Shown here: positions 40,716-51,219 of the stretch, piece by piece | Layout: every line of letters begins with the position of its first letter | Position numbering within the stretch: position 1 is the stretch's first letter | Source of the DNA: Aureliella sp. | Lineage (GTDB): Bacteria > Planctomycetota > Planctomycetia > Pirellulales > Pirellulaceae | Direction: 5' to 3' | Length of the DNA: 64,000 bases | Assembly: GCA_963691875.1 (NCBI GenBank) | Contig: OY829846.1 | Span: forward strand, 1,088,001 to 1,152,000 | The notes under the pieces: model-generated | Told to the model about the DNA's origin: nothing | The model's input: only the letters and a program-made list of their open reading frames with translations | Database searches by the model: none | Position numbers and translations under genes: made by a program

Positions 40716-43700
40716 TTACTTCAACGTCCGCAGGTACGCAATGAGGTCACGAACTTCTTCGGGAGAGAGCACTTCGTTCATCACAGGCATCAAAGAAGTC
40801 TTTTGCTCTTTAACCGCGACAATATCATCGGTCAGAACTTCGACCAGTTCACCCTTCATATTGGCAACAATCGACTTTTTATCGCCGGCCTTCTGAATAC
40901 GTCCAAGCAGAACTTCGTCGCTAGCCAACAAGATTGATTGACTGCGATAGTTTTGATCGATGTCCTTGCTTGGCAAAATAACTGCGTTCAGCAAATACGC
41001 CGCGTCGCGTTTCTCCGCTATCTTGGTCAGTACAGGCCCAATCTCACTGCCCTTCTTGCCAATTCGGTGGCAACGAGAACACTGAGCTTGTCCGTGAGTT
41101 CTGAATATTTGCTCACCGCGTTCTACATCGCCACCGGCTGATGAAAATCGGAATCTACCCAATGGATCTTTGGACGAGTCGGCATCCAGCTTGGCGACGA
41201 TCCTCTTGATCGAATCAGCTCTAGTTTGAGAGGCCAGCAGGGCGACGGCATCCAGCTCCAACTCAGCGTCTAGCTTTCCATCTCGGAGTTGGCGGCCGAT
41301 CCGCTCGGAAATCTGCGTGATGCCGGTAGCTCGGCTCTGCGACAAAATCCTCAACACCTCTTGTCGTTTTTTCATTTCGACCGACTCATCGACAAGAATC
41401 TCATCTAGCGCGGCCAAGGCCTGTTCAGACTTCTGAGAAAGAGCAAACTCGAGGGCTCTTAGACGCAAATCCATGTTTCCCGCTTCGGCTGCTTCTCCCA
41501 CCACTTCGGGTTGTCTTTCAGCAACTAAGTTGAAGGCGAGAACACGCGTGGCCGAATCAAGATCTACATCGCGAACCATTCTCACGAGGGAATCTGCGGG
41601 AAATTCGAGGTTCAGTGACTGGGCGATCTGCAAAGCCGCTCGTCGAGTTTTCTCATTCTTGCCCTTAAGCAAACCTGCCAAGATCTCAGGAAGCTCCGCC
41701 AGATCCATCTGACGCGCCTTCACTTTTGCTTCTTTGACAAGCTCAGGCCGAAAAATTCCTTCAACTAGGTCCAATGCACTAGGCCTGCTCCATTCTGAAA
41801 GTGTCCGCAAGATCGCGAGCTCACCGGACTCAGGAAAGTCCCCTTGGGCCAGAGCAGCTACAAGTCGCTTGTTAGACTCGGCATCACCGATGCGAAAGTT
41901 TGCATTTATAGCGCGAAGATAAAACGCCTCTGGTAGTGAAGCCGATGAAAGGAGCGCCGCTGCCAAAGCCGGTAGAGCATCCGGAATAGATGTGCCATCG
42001 TGAATCGCTCGAGCGGCCTCCGTGCGGACCCAATTTGACTTGTCGGCCAAGAAGGCCTCCACTTCCTTGCTTCCTTGTTTTCTTAACGCCAACACGCAGC
42101 AGAGCTTTCGCAGTACGTTACCGCTTTCTGCTTGTTTCGCCAGTTCTTCGGCTTCGGCACAAGCCGCGAGTGCCACGGAATAGCCGTGCCGCAAGTAATG
42201 CTGGTCAGCTTTCAACTGATCGGCTAGCTCCAGTAACGATTCGACAGCTTTGCCGCTCGGATGCCTCGCTACGGCCAAAGCGGCCAAAGTCCGAACGTGC
42301 AGATCTTTGTCTTTTAGCAAAGGTATCAGCGGCTCGGTTCTTACAGCTCTCAATTCTCCGAAAGTCTTCGCAGCTTGGCCTCGCAGAACAGCGTCCGAAT
42401 CCTTCAGCAGCAGTGCCAACGTGTCGCGAGCCAAGCTGTCTTCTTTCCGGCCGAGTTGCCCGAGCGCCCATATTGCATGGAGCCTTGCAAATTGACTCTT
42501 CGTCCGATTCTGCGCCAAAGCAGCTAGGTCGAGGGTATTCGCATTGTCTACTAAAGCGAATTGAGCTCGCAGCCGCACTCGCTGGTCCTCATGGGCGAGA
42601 AGTTGCAAAAGCTCGGTTGATTCGCGATCAGAAAAACCTTGTTTCAAAAGCTCCTGAACTTGTGTTCGCGCTTCGCCTCTCATGTCCTTCGAAACGTCAA
42701 TCCGGATCACAGAGCCCTTTTCGTCCAAAGGATAACCGCCATCCCAGTCGGCTGCATAGAGTGCGCCGTCGGGTCCGAAGGCGAGACCCACAATCGCAAT
42801 GCCTCGCCCAATCTGATGCTCGTCCTTCATTAAAAAACTATCGCCCGTCGGCTCGACCCGAAACGCATGCTGATTTCCGTTTGGAGCACCAGTCAAAAAG
42901 AAATAGTCCTTGTACCCAGGTGCAAGTGCAGTTCCTGGGTTGAATTTGAAACCCGCTGGACCGTCGATATAGTGCTGAATCGGTGGAACGATGTACGCTG
43001 CGTGCTCCTCGCCTGGCAAGTCCCAAAGTTTCTCAGCCGTCCACGGGTTGTAGTCTGAGCCACGGTACTGATAGTAGCAACGCCAGCCAGCATCCATCTG
43101 ATTGACGATGTAAACAAAGCGTTCTTTTTCATTCGGCTGATCTGCATCGTTGTCCACGCCGAACATGTTGCCAAATTGATCAAAAGCAACTTCTTGTACA
43201 TTGCGAAGCCCATGGGCGAAGACTTCGAAGTCGCTACCATCGGGATTGCACCGCATGACACCGCCTTCGTGCGGATAAGAGAACTCGCTGCCATCTGGCA
43301 AGGAGACGCTGATTCCTTTGTCGCCGATGGACCAATAGATCTTGCCATCGGGTCCCATGGTCAAGCCATGCATGTCATGGCCACCGTAGGCTATGTGAAG
43401 CCCGAAACCGTGCGCTAGAACATTGCGTGAATCGGCGACACCATCGGAGTCCTCGTCGAACAGCCTCCATACATCCGGCGCGACGGTTGCATAGACGGTC
43501 CCATTGTATGCCATGACACCAGCGGCGACCCCTGTAACTTCGGTTTTGAAGTCTTCTGCAAAGGTGGTGATTTCATCAGCCTTCTCATCACCGTCACTGT
43601 CGACCAGCCGATAGACGGCTTCGCTAACAACTGTGAGGTCGCGCCAGTCGTACTGGCCGTCTTCGTTCCAATCACGAACATGCTTTTGCTGCTTCTTCTG

Positions 43701-44048
43701 ATCACCGCCAATCGCCAAAACTTTACGATAAAACGCTTGCTTCGCATCCACACTGGTCAGCGAGAGATCATTGGCTACCCACTCCCGATGCTGACGAATG
43801 TCTAGGTCTTGAATCTTGCGGCGGCGAGTCTGCGTTACAAACACGCGACCTTGGTCGTCAACGCTAATCGCTACGGGATCAGGGACATTCAGCTTTCCGC
43901 TCCATTTGTTGAACTCGAGATTCGGATAAGATTTATCATCCTTCTGCTGAGCCAGACCTGCACTGGATGCTGTAGCAGCGAGAAGCGTGACAAAGGCAAA
44001 TACAAATCCACGAGACTCATGGGATACGTTACGAGCGGTCATCACCAT
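40716..44048 (-). CDS. PVC-type membrane-bound dehydrogenase-like protein: beta-propeller, HEAT repeats, C-terminal c-type heme domain
   Basis: Signal peptide; GPDGKIYWSIGD, FAHGLRN, GPDGALY; HEAT repeats; CSRCH heme motif, GPVLT, SLMP. Confidence 0.9.
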   Translation of the reverse strand: MVMTARNVSHESRGFVFAFVTLLAATASSAGLAQQKDDKSYPNLEFNKWSGKLNVPDPVAISVDDQGRVFVTQTRRRKIQDLDIRQHREWVANDLSLTSVDAKQAFYRKVLAIGGDQKKQQKHVRDWNEDGQYDWRDLTVVSEAVYRLVDSDGDEKADEITTFAEDFKTEVTGVAAGVMAYNGTVYATVAPDVWRLFDEDSDGVADSRNVLAHGFGLHIAYGGHDMHGLTMGPDGKIYWSIGDKGISVSLPDGSEFSYPHEGGVMRCNPDGSDFEVFAHGLRNVQEVAFDQFGNMFGVDNDADQPNEKERFVYIVNQMDAGWRCYYQYRGSDYNPWTAEKLWDLPGEEHAAYIVPPIQHYIDGPAGFKFNPGTALAPGYKDYFFLTGAPNGNQHAFRVEPTGDSFLMKDEHQIGRGIAIVGLAFGPDGALYAADWDGGYPLDEKGSVIRIDVSKDMRGEARTQVQELLKQGFSDRESTELLQLLAHEDQRVRLRAQFALVDNANTLDLAALAQNRTKSQFARLHAIWALGQLGRKEDSLARDTLALLLKDSDAVLRGQAAKTFGELRAVRTEPLIPLLKDKDLHVRTLAALAVARHPSGKAVESLLELADQLKADQHYLRHGYSVALAACAEAEELAKQAESGNVLRKLCCVLALRKQGSKEVEAFLADKSNWVRTEAARAIHDGTSIPDALPALAAALLSSASLPEAFYLRAINANFRIGDAESNKRLVAALAQGDFPESGELAILRTLSEWSRPSALDLVEGIFRPELVKEAKVKARQMDLAELPEILAGLLKGKNEKTRRAALQIAQSLNLEFPADSLVRMVRDVDLDSATRVLAFNLVAERQPEVVGEAAEAGNMDLRLRALEFALSQKSEQALAALDEILVDESVEMKKRQEVLRILSQSRATGITQISERIGRQLRDGKLDAELELDAVALLASQTRADSIKRIVAKLDADSSKDPLGRFRFSSAGGDVERGEQIFRTHGQAQCSRCHRIGKKGSEIGPVLTKIAEKRDAAYLLNAVILPSKDIDQNYRSQSILLASDEVLLGRIQKAGDKKSIVANMKGELVEVLTDDIVAVKEQKTSLMPVMNEVLSPEEVRDLIAYLRTLK

Positions 44049-44243
44049 TGTGATCCACTTGAATGAGGAAGGCTTGGGAAGGTGGGGCAGCGTCAGCTAA
44101 ACTAGAGATCGACCGTTATTCTATTCGAAAACAGAGTGGCAGAGCATCCGGCACGTGGAATCAAACTGCCTGCCGACCACCCTTTCCTTCCAGCCTTCTA
44201 CTGCCTCTCAATTCCTCCCCCTCCACATTACCCGGGCCACCCA

Positions 44244-45659
44244 ATGACAGTTTCAAGACGAGAAGCAATTCAGCGATGGGGAGTCGGTTTTGGTACCTTG
44301 GCTCTTCACGATCTTCTCAGCCAGCAATCTTCAGCGGGCGAAGCCGGAGCCGGTGAAAACCCACTTTTACCTAAGGCCCCTCAGTTTCCCGCCAAAGCAA
44401 AAAGAGTCATCCATATCTTCGCTAACGGCGGACCGAGCCACGTCGACACCTTCGATCCCAAGCCAGCTCTCCAGAAGTACGCTGGTCAGCCCATGCCTGG
44501 CAAAACGCCCAAGACGGAACGGCCCACTGGAGCACTTTATCCCTCGCCATTTAAGTTTCAAAAGTATGGCGAATCAGGCACAGAAGTCAGCGAACTCTTC
44601 CAGCACACCGCCAAGCAAATTGACGACATCTGCCTGGTCCGTTCGATGCATGCGGATGTCCCGAACCACGAGCCCAGTTTACTGCTGATGAATACCGGTG
44701 AAGCGCGATTGGTTAGACCGAGCATGGGATCCTGGATGACTTACGGACTCGGCACCGAGAACCAGAATCTCCCGGCCTTTATCGCGATGTGCCCCGGCGG
44801 CTACCCGATTCAAGAATCGCAGAACTGGCAGTCAGGTTTTTTGCCTGGAATCTATCAAGGCACTTACATTGATACAAAGCACCAAGAAGTTGAGAAGCTA
44901 ATCGAAAACATCCGAAACGAGAAAGTAACGACGACTCAGCAGCGCAGACAGCTCGACCTGCTCCAGCGATTGAATCGCCGACACCAAGAGCAGCGTGATG
45001 CCGATCCGCAGCTAGAAGCTCGAATACAAAGTTTTGAGCTGGCTTATCGAATGCAGATGGAAGCAGCCGAAGTTTTCGACGTTCGCAATGAGCCCAAGCA
45101 TATTCTCGAAAAGTATGGTTCAGGCGTTCAGGCTAGGCAGTTGTTGATCGCTCGCCGACTACTCGAACACGGGGTTCGCTATGTGCAAGTTTGGCACGGC
45201 CAGGGGCAGCCCTGGGACAATCACGACGATATTGAGCAAAGACATCGTGGACTAGCGGGGCAATGCGACCAAGCCATTGGTGCCCTGCTTTCCGATCTGA
45301 AGGAGCGTGGAATGCTTGAAGAGACACTCGTCATCTGGGGCGGCGAATTCGGTCGGACGCCAACGGTAGAATTACCTAAGGAAGGTAGCAATCAAGGTAA
45401 GATTAATGGCCGAGACCACAATCACTATGGGTTTTCCATGTGGATTGCCGGAGGTGGAGTGAAGGGCGGACACGTTCACGGTGCGACCGACGAATTCGGT
45501 TTCCAAGCAACGGAGAACCGGGTGCATGTCCATGACCTGCACGCCACGCTGTTGCACTTGCTAGGATTTGACCACGAGAAATTCACCTACCGCTGGGCTG
45601 GTCGCGACTTCCGCCTCACCGACGTCCATGGCCGCGTGATTCGAGAAATGTTGGCTTAA
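44244..45659 (+). CDS. DUF1501-domain protein (Tat-like N-terminus)
   Basis: SRREAI, KAKRVIHIF..GGPSHVDTFDPKP, RPSMGSW, WDNH, GEFGRTP, GRDH, RLTDVHG. Confidence 0.92.
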   Translation: MTVSRREAIQRWGVGFGTLALHDLLSQQSSAGEAGAGENPLLPKAPQFPAKAKRVIHIFANGGPSHVDTFDPKPALQKYAGQPMPGKTPKTERPTGALYPSPFKFQKYGESGTEVSELFQHTAKQIDDICLVRSMHADVPNHEPSLLLMNTGEARLVRPSMGSWMTYGLGTENQNLPAFIAMCPGGYPIQESQNWQSGFLPGIYQGTYIDTKHQEVEKLIENIRNEKVTTTQQRRQLDLLQRLNRRHQEQRDADPQLEARIQSFELAYRMQMEAAEVFDVRNEPKHILEKYGSGVQARQLLIARRLLEHGVRYVQVWHGQGQPWDNHDDIEQRHRGLAGQCDQAIGALLSDLKERGMLEETLVIWGGEFGRTPTVELPKEGSNQGKINGRDHNHYGFSMWIAGGGVKGGHVHGATDEFGFQATENRVHVHDLHATLLHLLGFDHEKFTYRWAGRDFRLTDVHGRVIREMLA

Positions 45660-46358
45660 CCAAAGTGCGTCCATTGTCCCAATTGCCCCGCTCCCATTAA
45701 CTGGGAGATCCCCCGCTGGTCGCCAAAACTCCGTGGACGGCATACCCCGCTTAATGAGCAAAGAGAAAACCACTTCATTGAACAAGTCTTGCGTTCCCAA
45801 CCCAAGAAGCCGCTTCCGAGCAGCGCATTGGCCCATTTACTGCCGTTGAAATCGCGACTCTCTTCCTCAAAGAAAGCAGCTCAGCGTTTGCCGAACGCAA
45901 GACTGTTAGCCCACAGAATGACCGCAATTACGGGGAAAATTGTAAGACTTATGACTAGTAAAAGAGTGCAGAGCATGGCAGCACCTCAGTTCATCTCCAT
46001 GAATGCAGATAGTTGCCACAGAAACTCTTCATTCGAGAAACTGTTTACACTTAACACTCAAAACTGGTGCAGTGTAACGATCGCAATTGCCCTGGGAGAA
46101 TAGTCGAGGGCAGGTAAGAACTCCAATAATTGAGCCGAAGGCTTGCGTTTTCTCGTAGGCTGGCAACGAGCAAACGCTCTGAGAGCTGGAACATCGGACG
46201 CAGATTTTGACCACCAGACTCTTCTCATGACGCGCAACCCGTATGGCGTTACGCTGATACGGCAAGGGTTGTATCGTTGTTCTGGCCTACGAAGAGATTC
46301 GCTTGCTAGGAAGGGACTGCTCATCTAAGGCCCTTCCAATGATTCCACCAAGGAGTAT

Positions 46359-46925
46359 CTACTTTTTCTTGGCAGCTGCCTTTTTCTTTGTCGCAACTTT
46401 CTTCGATACCACTTTCTTCCTCGCCGTCGCTTTCTTCGATGCTAGCTTTCTAGCAGTTCGCTTCTTGCCATCGGGTTTGATGGTGCGTTCGTAGTCAGAA
46501 ATGAATTCGTCGACAGAAACCTTGGCAATCAATCACCCAATTAAGTCCAGAGGAGCATCGGCCAGCTTCTTAAATCGGATGCAGGACTTGCCGATGTCGA
46601 GCTTCAAGCCTGTTTGGGCCCATTGCTTGCGAAGCCAAGCCTCCAACCTGGCGTTGCCGTAAACGCAAAAGCTATATAATGCCACATGACTTTTCTGGGA
46701 TGCAATGTGAGTGTAAAGTAGCGGCTGAGATGCATCGCAGTGATATCCAGATGGATATAGCGAATGCGGTACGTAGTACCCAATCATCCCATATTGAATC
46801 CCTTCTTCGAATCCATCCTGCAAATTGTCCGTTACCGTTTCGCGTAGCGCGACAATGAACTCCCGACGTTCTTCGCTCAACCCCGCGATGTACTCGGCAA
46901 CTGTTCCCGGTTTAATAGCGCTCAC
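46359..46925 (-). pseudogene. DUF1801/YdhG-like protein interrupted by an in-frame TGA; Lys-rich tail
   Basis: YGMIGYYVPHSLYPSGYHCD, ASQK, DIGKSCIRFKK, PLDLIG-TGA(46535-46533)-LIAKVSVDEFISDYERT...KKKAAAKKK-TAG(46361-46359). Confidence 0.75.
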
Positions 46926-47333
46926 TTTGCGTACTCCCTGTCGCTACGAATTTATTGTCTGCATTGTAGCTTCTTATTAAGCGGATCCTGCTACGAGCTA
47001 AAAGTTGTAGTTCAGATCCACCGCTAACTATCGTGAGGGTGGAGTGTCAGAACGTTCGGGTCGATGTGAGTCTATTCAAGTAGGAATGAGAGCGTGATTC
47101 CGTGCAGGAGTTGGAGCGGAAGCCGAGTCGCATATGGATGCATGGTCCCGGATTTCATGGCGAAGCCGTGACAGAGTCTTAGCTGCCAGCGTGAGCCAGA
47201 AGACCACGGATACCCCCAAACACAAATGCGGCGAAGTCACTAAAGAGCGCGGGTGCTCGTAGGCTCAAGGCCACTCTTTAGTTCGGCGAGCTGCGCGTTC
47301 GAAACCACAGGCGTGCGAGCGTAGCTTAAGCAA

Positions 47334-48854
47334 CTAGTCGGATACTGTGTCGAGTACGTTTCGACTGCCGCAGAGGCGATCGTGAAGCGCAAGGTGACTC
47401 GTTGCAAGCGCAGGTAGAATGTCAGCGAGTAGCCACATTAGAAACAACGGAAAAATGAGCACACTCAAAAATTGAAAGCGGAAAGCTGTCAACACCACAC
47501 TGCTGGCCATGAGCATCACTGGTCCATAGCGCACGATGCTTCTCAACATCCTTCTCCTTCCGTCTAGAAGCAGACCATGCTGATCCACGATTCGCAGCTG
47601 CAACAGATAGCGACCGAGCGTTCGTTTTCCACCCTTCTCTGACAAAATCGCCGCCAAGGGAAAAAGCATAATGAGCGGAGCAAAATAGCGCGAACTCTGA
47701 CTTATGATTCCTTGATCCATCAACTCTTGGCCAATCAAGAATGGGATCATGCCGAGAGTCAACAAAAGGTAGTCGATGACAAAGGCCATCATGCGAACCA
47801 TCAAACTGGCTCGCGTAAATCCGATCGGTGCGATTCCTTTCAACGACTGATCCAGCTTCTCAAAGTCCTGGAATCGATCCTCTGGATGTCGAGCCATCAA
47901 GGCGCCAAGCAAATCTCGGAATCGCTCAGGAATGGAATCAGGCCAACGTTCTGGGAACTGGACTTCGGCTTCATTCGTGCTCGTAAGCTGCTCCTGCAAA
48001 GTGGTACCCGTCACCGCGTAGGGCCTTCTGCCAAACGCGAGCTCAAACAGCGTTACGCCCAACGAGTACATATCGCTTTGAATCGTGGGTTGACCGCCGG
48101 AGGAGAGCTCGGGCGCCAGATAGCTCAACGTGCCGCTAATCCCACCCGTCGGAACACTCCTATCAGTTCGAGCCAAGCCAAAGTCGCTCAATTTGACTGT
48201 TTCATCATTTGCAAGCACCAAGTTGCTTGGTTTGATGTCTCCGTGAACAAGGCCGAGACGATTTGCCTGCGCGAGCGCCGAGCAAACTTGTCGCGCGTAC
48301 CGGATGACTTCTTCGTAGGGGAGCGGTTCGTCTATGATTTTCTGCGCCAAAGTAGGGCCCGGCAGCAGCTCCATCGCAAAAAAGGGCTCTTCCCCATCGC
48401 GACCGACGTAGTAAATCGTAACTACGTTGGGGTGGTTCAACCTAGCTTGAGCGACGGCCTCATCGAGTAGTCGTTGTACCAGTTTTTGGCCAACTTCAGT
48501 ATGAGTGTCAGCCGAGCGAATAACCTTGACCGCTACAAAACGTTGCAGCGATTCGTCCAAAGCTCGATAGACCGCTCCCATGCCGCCATAGCCAAGTTTG
48601 GAGAGAAGTCGGAAGTGGCCCAGTGATTCTCCGCTCCGGTCGGGCCCATCAGAGAGCTGAAACTCGGTGCATCTGCCAATCTCCGAACAGAATGAAATGG
48701 TTTGTGATGGATCAAGCCGTCCAAGTCTGATTGTTTTATGGCAAGTGTCACAAACTCCATTTCCGCCAATGGGCAGCAAAACATCCGCCCCGCAGGAACA
48801 GCGAAAGGCGACGCGACGCTCTTCGTCCACTGTTTCTTCTGGCTCGATCTCCAA
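47334..48854 (-). CDS. Ser/Thr protein kinase with N-terminal Zn-ribbon-like motif and C-terminal RDD membrane domain
   Basis: LGYGGMGAVY, VAVK, HGDIKPSN, DFG, YLAPE, SDMYSLG; CSC...CDTC; R..AFVID...TLG...LHDRL. Confidence 0.9.
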   Translation of the reverse strand: MEIEPEETVDEERRVAFRCSCGADVLLPIGGNGVCDTCHKTIRLGRLDPSQTISFCSEIGRCTEFQLSDGPDRSGESLGHFRLLSKLGYGGMGAVYRALDESLQRFVAVKVIRSADTHTEVGQKLVQRLLDEAVAQARLNHPNVVTIYYVGRDGEEPFFAMELLPGPTLAQKIIDEPLPYEEVIRYARQVCSALAQANRLGLVHGDIKPSNLVLANDETVKLSDFGLARTDRSVPTGGISGTLSYLAPELSSGGQPTIQSDMYSLGVTLFELAFGRRPYAVTGTTLQEQLTSTNEAEVQFPERWPDSIPERFRDLLGALMARHPEDRFQDFEKLDQSLKGIAPIGFTRASLMVRMMAFVIDYLLLTLGMIPFLIGQELMDQGIISQSSRYFAPLIMLFPLAAILSEKGGKRTLGRYLLQLRIVDQHGLLLDGRRRMLRSIVRYGPVMLMASSVVLTAFRFQFLSVLIFPLFLMWLLADILPALATSHLALHDRLCGSRNVLDTVSD

Positions 48855-49060
48855 CGCCTTACCCGCAACGCAAAATCTTCATCGGAAAATTGGCAACTGT
48901 ATCCGTCAAGTAGTTGCCTGCCGCCCCGATTGTAGTTTAGATTCGCTGCTCGTAACCTCCAAATGTCAGCAGCGGCCACGTCGCTTTTCAATTCACTTGC
49001 TGGCGAACTGAATATTTTCGACCAAGGCAAGAAAGACCTCGCACCGGATCAGAAAGAACT

Positions 49061-49897
49061 ATGAGCCGAGATAGTGGCAAATCCTTCAGTGTTGTCCCGT
49101 CTGAAGATCAACTGCAGAGTCTTAAGCGAGATCTAGCATTTCACCCTTCGACAGTGGAGCAACCTAACAAGCTCACAAAGAAGCAAATAAACGGCTTTAA
49201 TGAGTCGGGTTACGTGGCACCGGTGGATATTTTTGACGTCGAAGAAATCACCTCCATTCGTTCTTACTTCGACAAACTGCTCGCAGAAGTGGTGGCAACG
49301 GGCGGTGACAGCTATTCGATCAGTTCAGCGCACCTGAGCTACGGGCCAGTCTACGATATTCTTTGCGACTCTCGCATTGTGGACTGCGTCAGTGATTTGC
49401 TTGGCGAGAACGTTGTAGGCTGGGGCTCGCATTTTTTCTGCAAGATGCCGCATGATGGACAAGAAGTCGCTTGGCACCAGGACGCGAGCTACTGGCCACT
49501 AAGTCCCTCGAAGGCCGTAACAGTTTGGCTCGCGATCGACGATGCTGATCGCGATAACGCGTGTATGAAGTTCGTCGCTGGCTCGCATCATTCCGGCCAT
49601 ATGACTTATCGAAAGAGTAATCCCGACGAGCACAACGTGCTTAACCAGACAATCGAAAATCCAGAGAGTTTTGGCGAGATCGTCTACGACGAGCTGAAAG
49701 CAGGCCAGATCTCGCTGCATTCGGATCTGCTGCTGCATGGTTCCGAGGCGAATTTGTCCGCCCGCCGACGGTGCGGCCTTACGCTTCGGTACGCAAGCAC
49801 CGAAGTCCGCGCTTCGCTGGATTGGAATCAGAAAGGAGTTCTCCTTCGCGGAACCGACCCAAGTGAACACTGGGCAAACAACACGCGGCCATCCTGA
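49061..49897 (+). CDS. Phytanoyl-CoA dioxygenase family Fe(II)/2-oxoglutarate oxygenase
   Basis: WHQD (HxD), VWLAIDD, GSH, HGSEAN...RR. Confidence 0.9.
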   Translation: MSRDSGKSFSVVPSEDQLQSLKRDLAFHPSTVEQPNKLTKKQINGFNESGYVAPVDIFDVEEITSIRSYFDKLLAEVVATGGDSYSISSAHLSYGPVYDILCDSRIVDCVSDLLGENVVGWGSHFFCKMPHDGQEVAWHQDASYWPLSPSKAVTVWLAIDDADRDNACMKFVAGSHHSGHMTYRKSNPDEHNVLNQTIENPESFGEIVYDELKAGQISLHSDLLLHGSEANLSARRRCGLTLRYASTEVRASLDWNQKGVLLRGTDPSEHWANNTRPS

Positions 49898-49968
49898 TTG
49901 CAGAATCGCTACTTGGTCGCAGCCGCAGCGGTCCTACGCGTCTTCTCAAACAATAATGGGGAAGATCA

Positions 49969-50266
49969 ATGGTCTGGGCGACTCAACACATCGCAAAGTT
50001 GCGGAATGTCGAAACCGGCAATTTCGTCGTCGCGGCTATGCGATTATGCATAAGATAGCGTCAGCACAACATTGCACCGTCGAGACGATAGCCGATCGCA
50101 GCGCTCTTAAATCGGGTGACGTCGTGTTGTGCCGAAAAAACGTCACCCAGTACCTTCACCTCAGAAAGCCATTCAAGGAAGCCGGTTTCAGATTGGCAAT
50201 AACCGAGGCCGCACCAACGGAAAGGTTTCGGAGAGTGCAGTGTTCGGCAAATGTGAGAAGATCTAA
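49969..50266 (+). pseudogene. Decayed small S24/S26-peptidase-fold-like gene
   Basis: Three frames join as MVWATQHIAKLRNVET / QFRRRGYAIMHKIASAQHCTVETI...GDVVLCRKNVTQYLHL / KAIQGSRFQIGNNRGRTNGKVSESAVFGKCEKI*, implying two frameshifts. Family assignment is from memory. Confidence 0.6.
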
Positions 50267-51219
50267 ACTTGGCAAAGAAGCTGAGGGACACCTCCCGTTA
50301 CTGGGAGTCGCCAGGATTCCGGTTTCGCGAAATCGCGTTTTCTCCATAGAAAAAGTTTATCCGCATTATTCCAGTGCATCCCGCGAAGAGGTGCCTCTTG
50401 CGTAGCGAAAGTCAATTGCAGCTTCCGATCGTACTTGTGATCATCCTCTTTTTCTGCGGTTTGGACAGATTCAAGACGGGCCAACACCTGCTTGGATGGG
50501 TATTTCGAGATGCGGAAGTCGTCGAAGCATCGGGACTGGATATCAGGCGGATCGACGTCTTCGCAGGTGATGGCATGAGCGAAGAGGTTTACGTCGACTA
50601 TGCTTACGAATTCGAAGACAAGTTCGAATGGCGTTTATGGAGCGGCTGGAGAGTGCATTGAGCAGCGGTGTGACGGTTCCGTGCTAAGTTTCGAAGTCTC
50701 ATTCACAAACGAGCGTGTTTCTAAAAGAATTCTCCAGCTCTTGGTCTGCCGTCGGACCTTCGTTACCCGAAGCTTGCGGGAGTGTCGCTCTACTCACGAT
50801 TTGGGCTATGATTCGCGGCTACCAAAGAAAGAACAAAGAAAGAACAAAGAAAGAGAGTGGGGAAATACGACTGAAATTCGCGTGTCTTCCAGGTTCCTAT
50901 CTGCCGCTTTTCGGCGTTAGTAGCAGCCTATTGTGTGTATTGGGTCAATTGTCGTGATGGCCCGAGAACGCTACACTGGGCGCCGCGGAGCAGGTCGATC
51001 GTCGCTGACGGCGGGACGCCAATCTTTTGGGCGGACCATTTTAGCAATCTAATTGCAAGCAAGGCGTGGCTTGCAAAAACGATTCTATCCAAACACTTCG
51101 ACACTGGCATCCAGTTGTGTGATTGCTTCGTGCAGACAATAGATTGCTTGGTGCTTTGCTATAATTTCGTGCTGTGAATCAGAGCGCGACTTAGACCTCC
51201 GTAATTGAGGGAACAGACG

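Noticed and set aside
41990..42943. 317-aa plus-strand ORF (likewise 28727..29503, 47712..48470, 21019..21681)
   Set aside because: Antisense shadows of well-supported genes.
46533..46535. In-frame TGA in the DUF1801 gene as a third selenocysteine
   Set aside because: No redox-motif context and no convincing downstream hairpin; a nonsense mutation is simpler.
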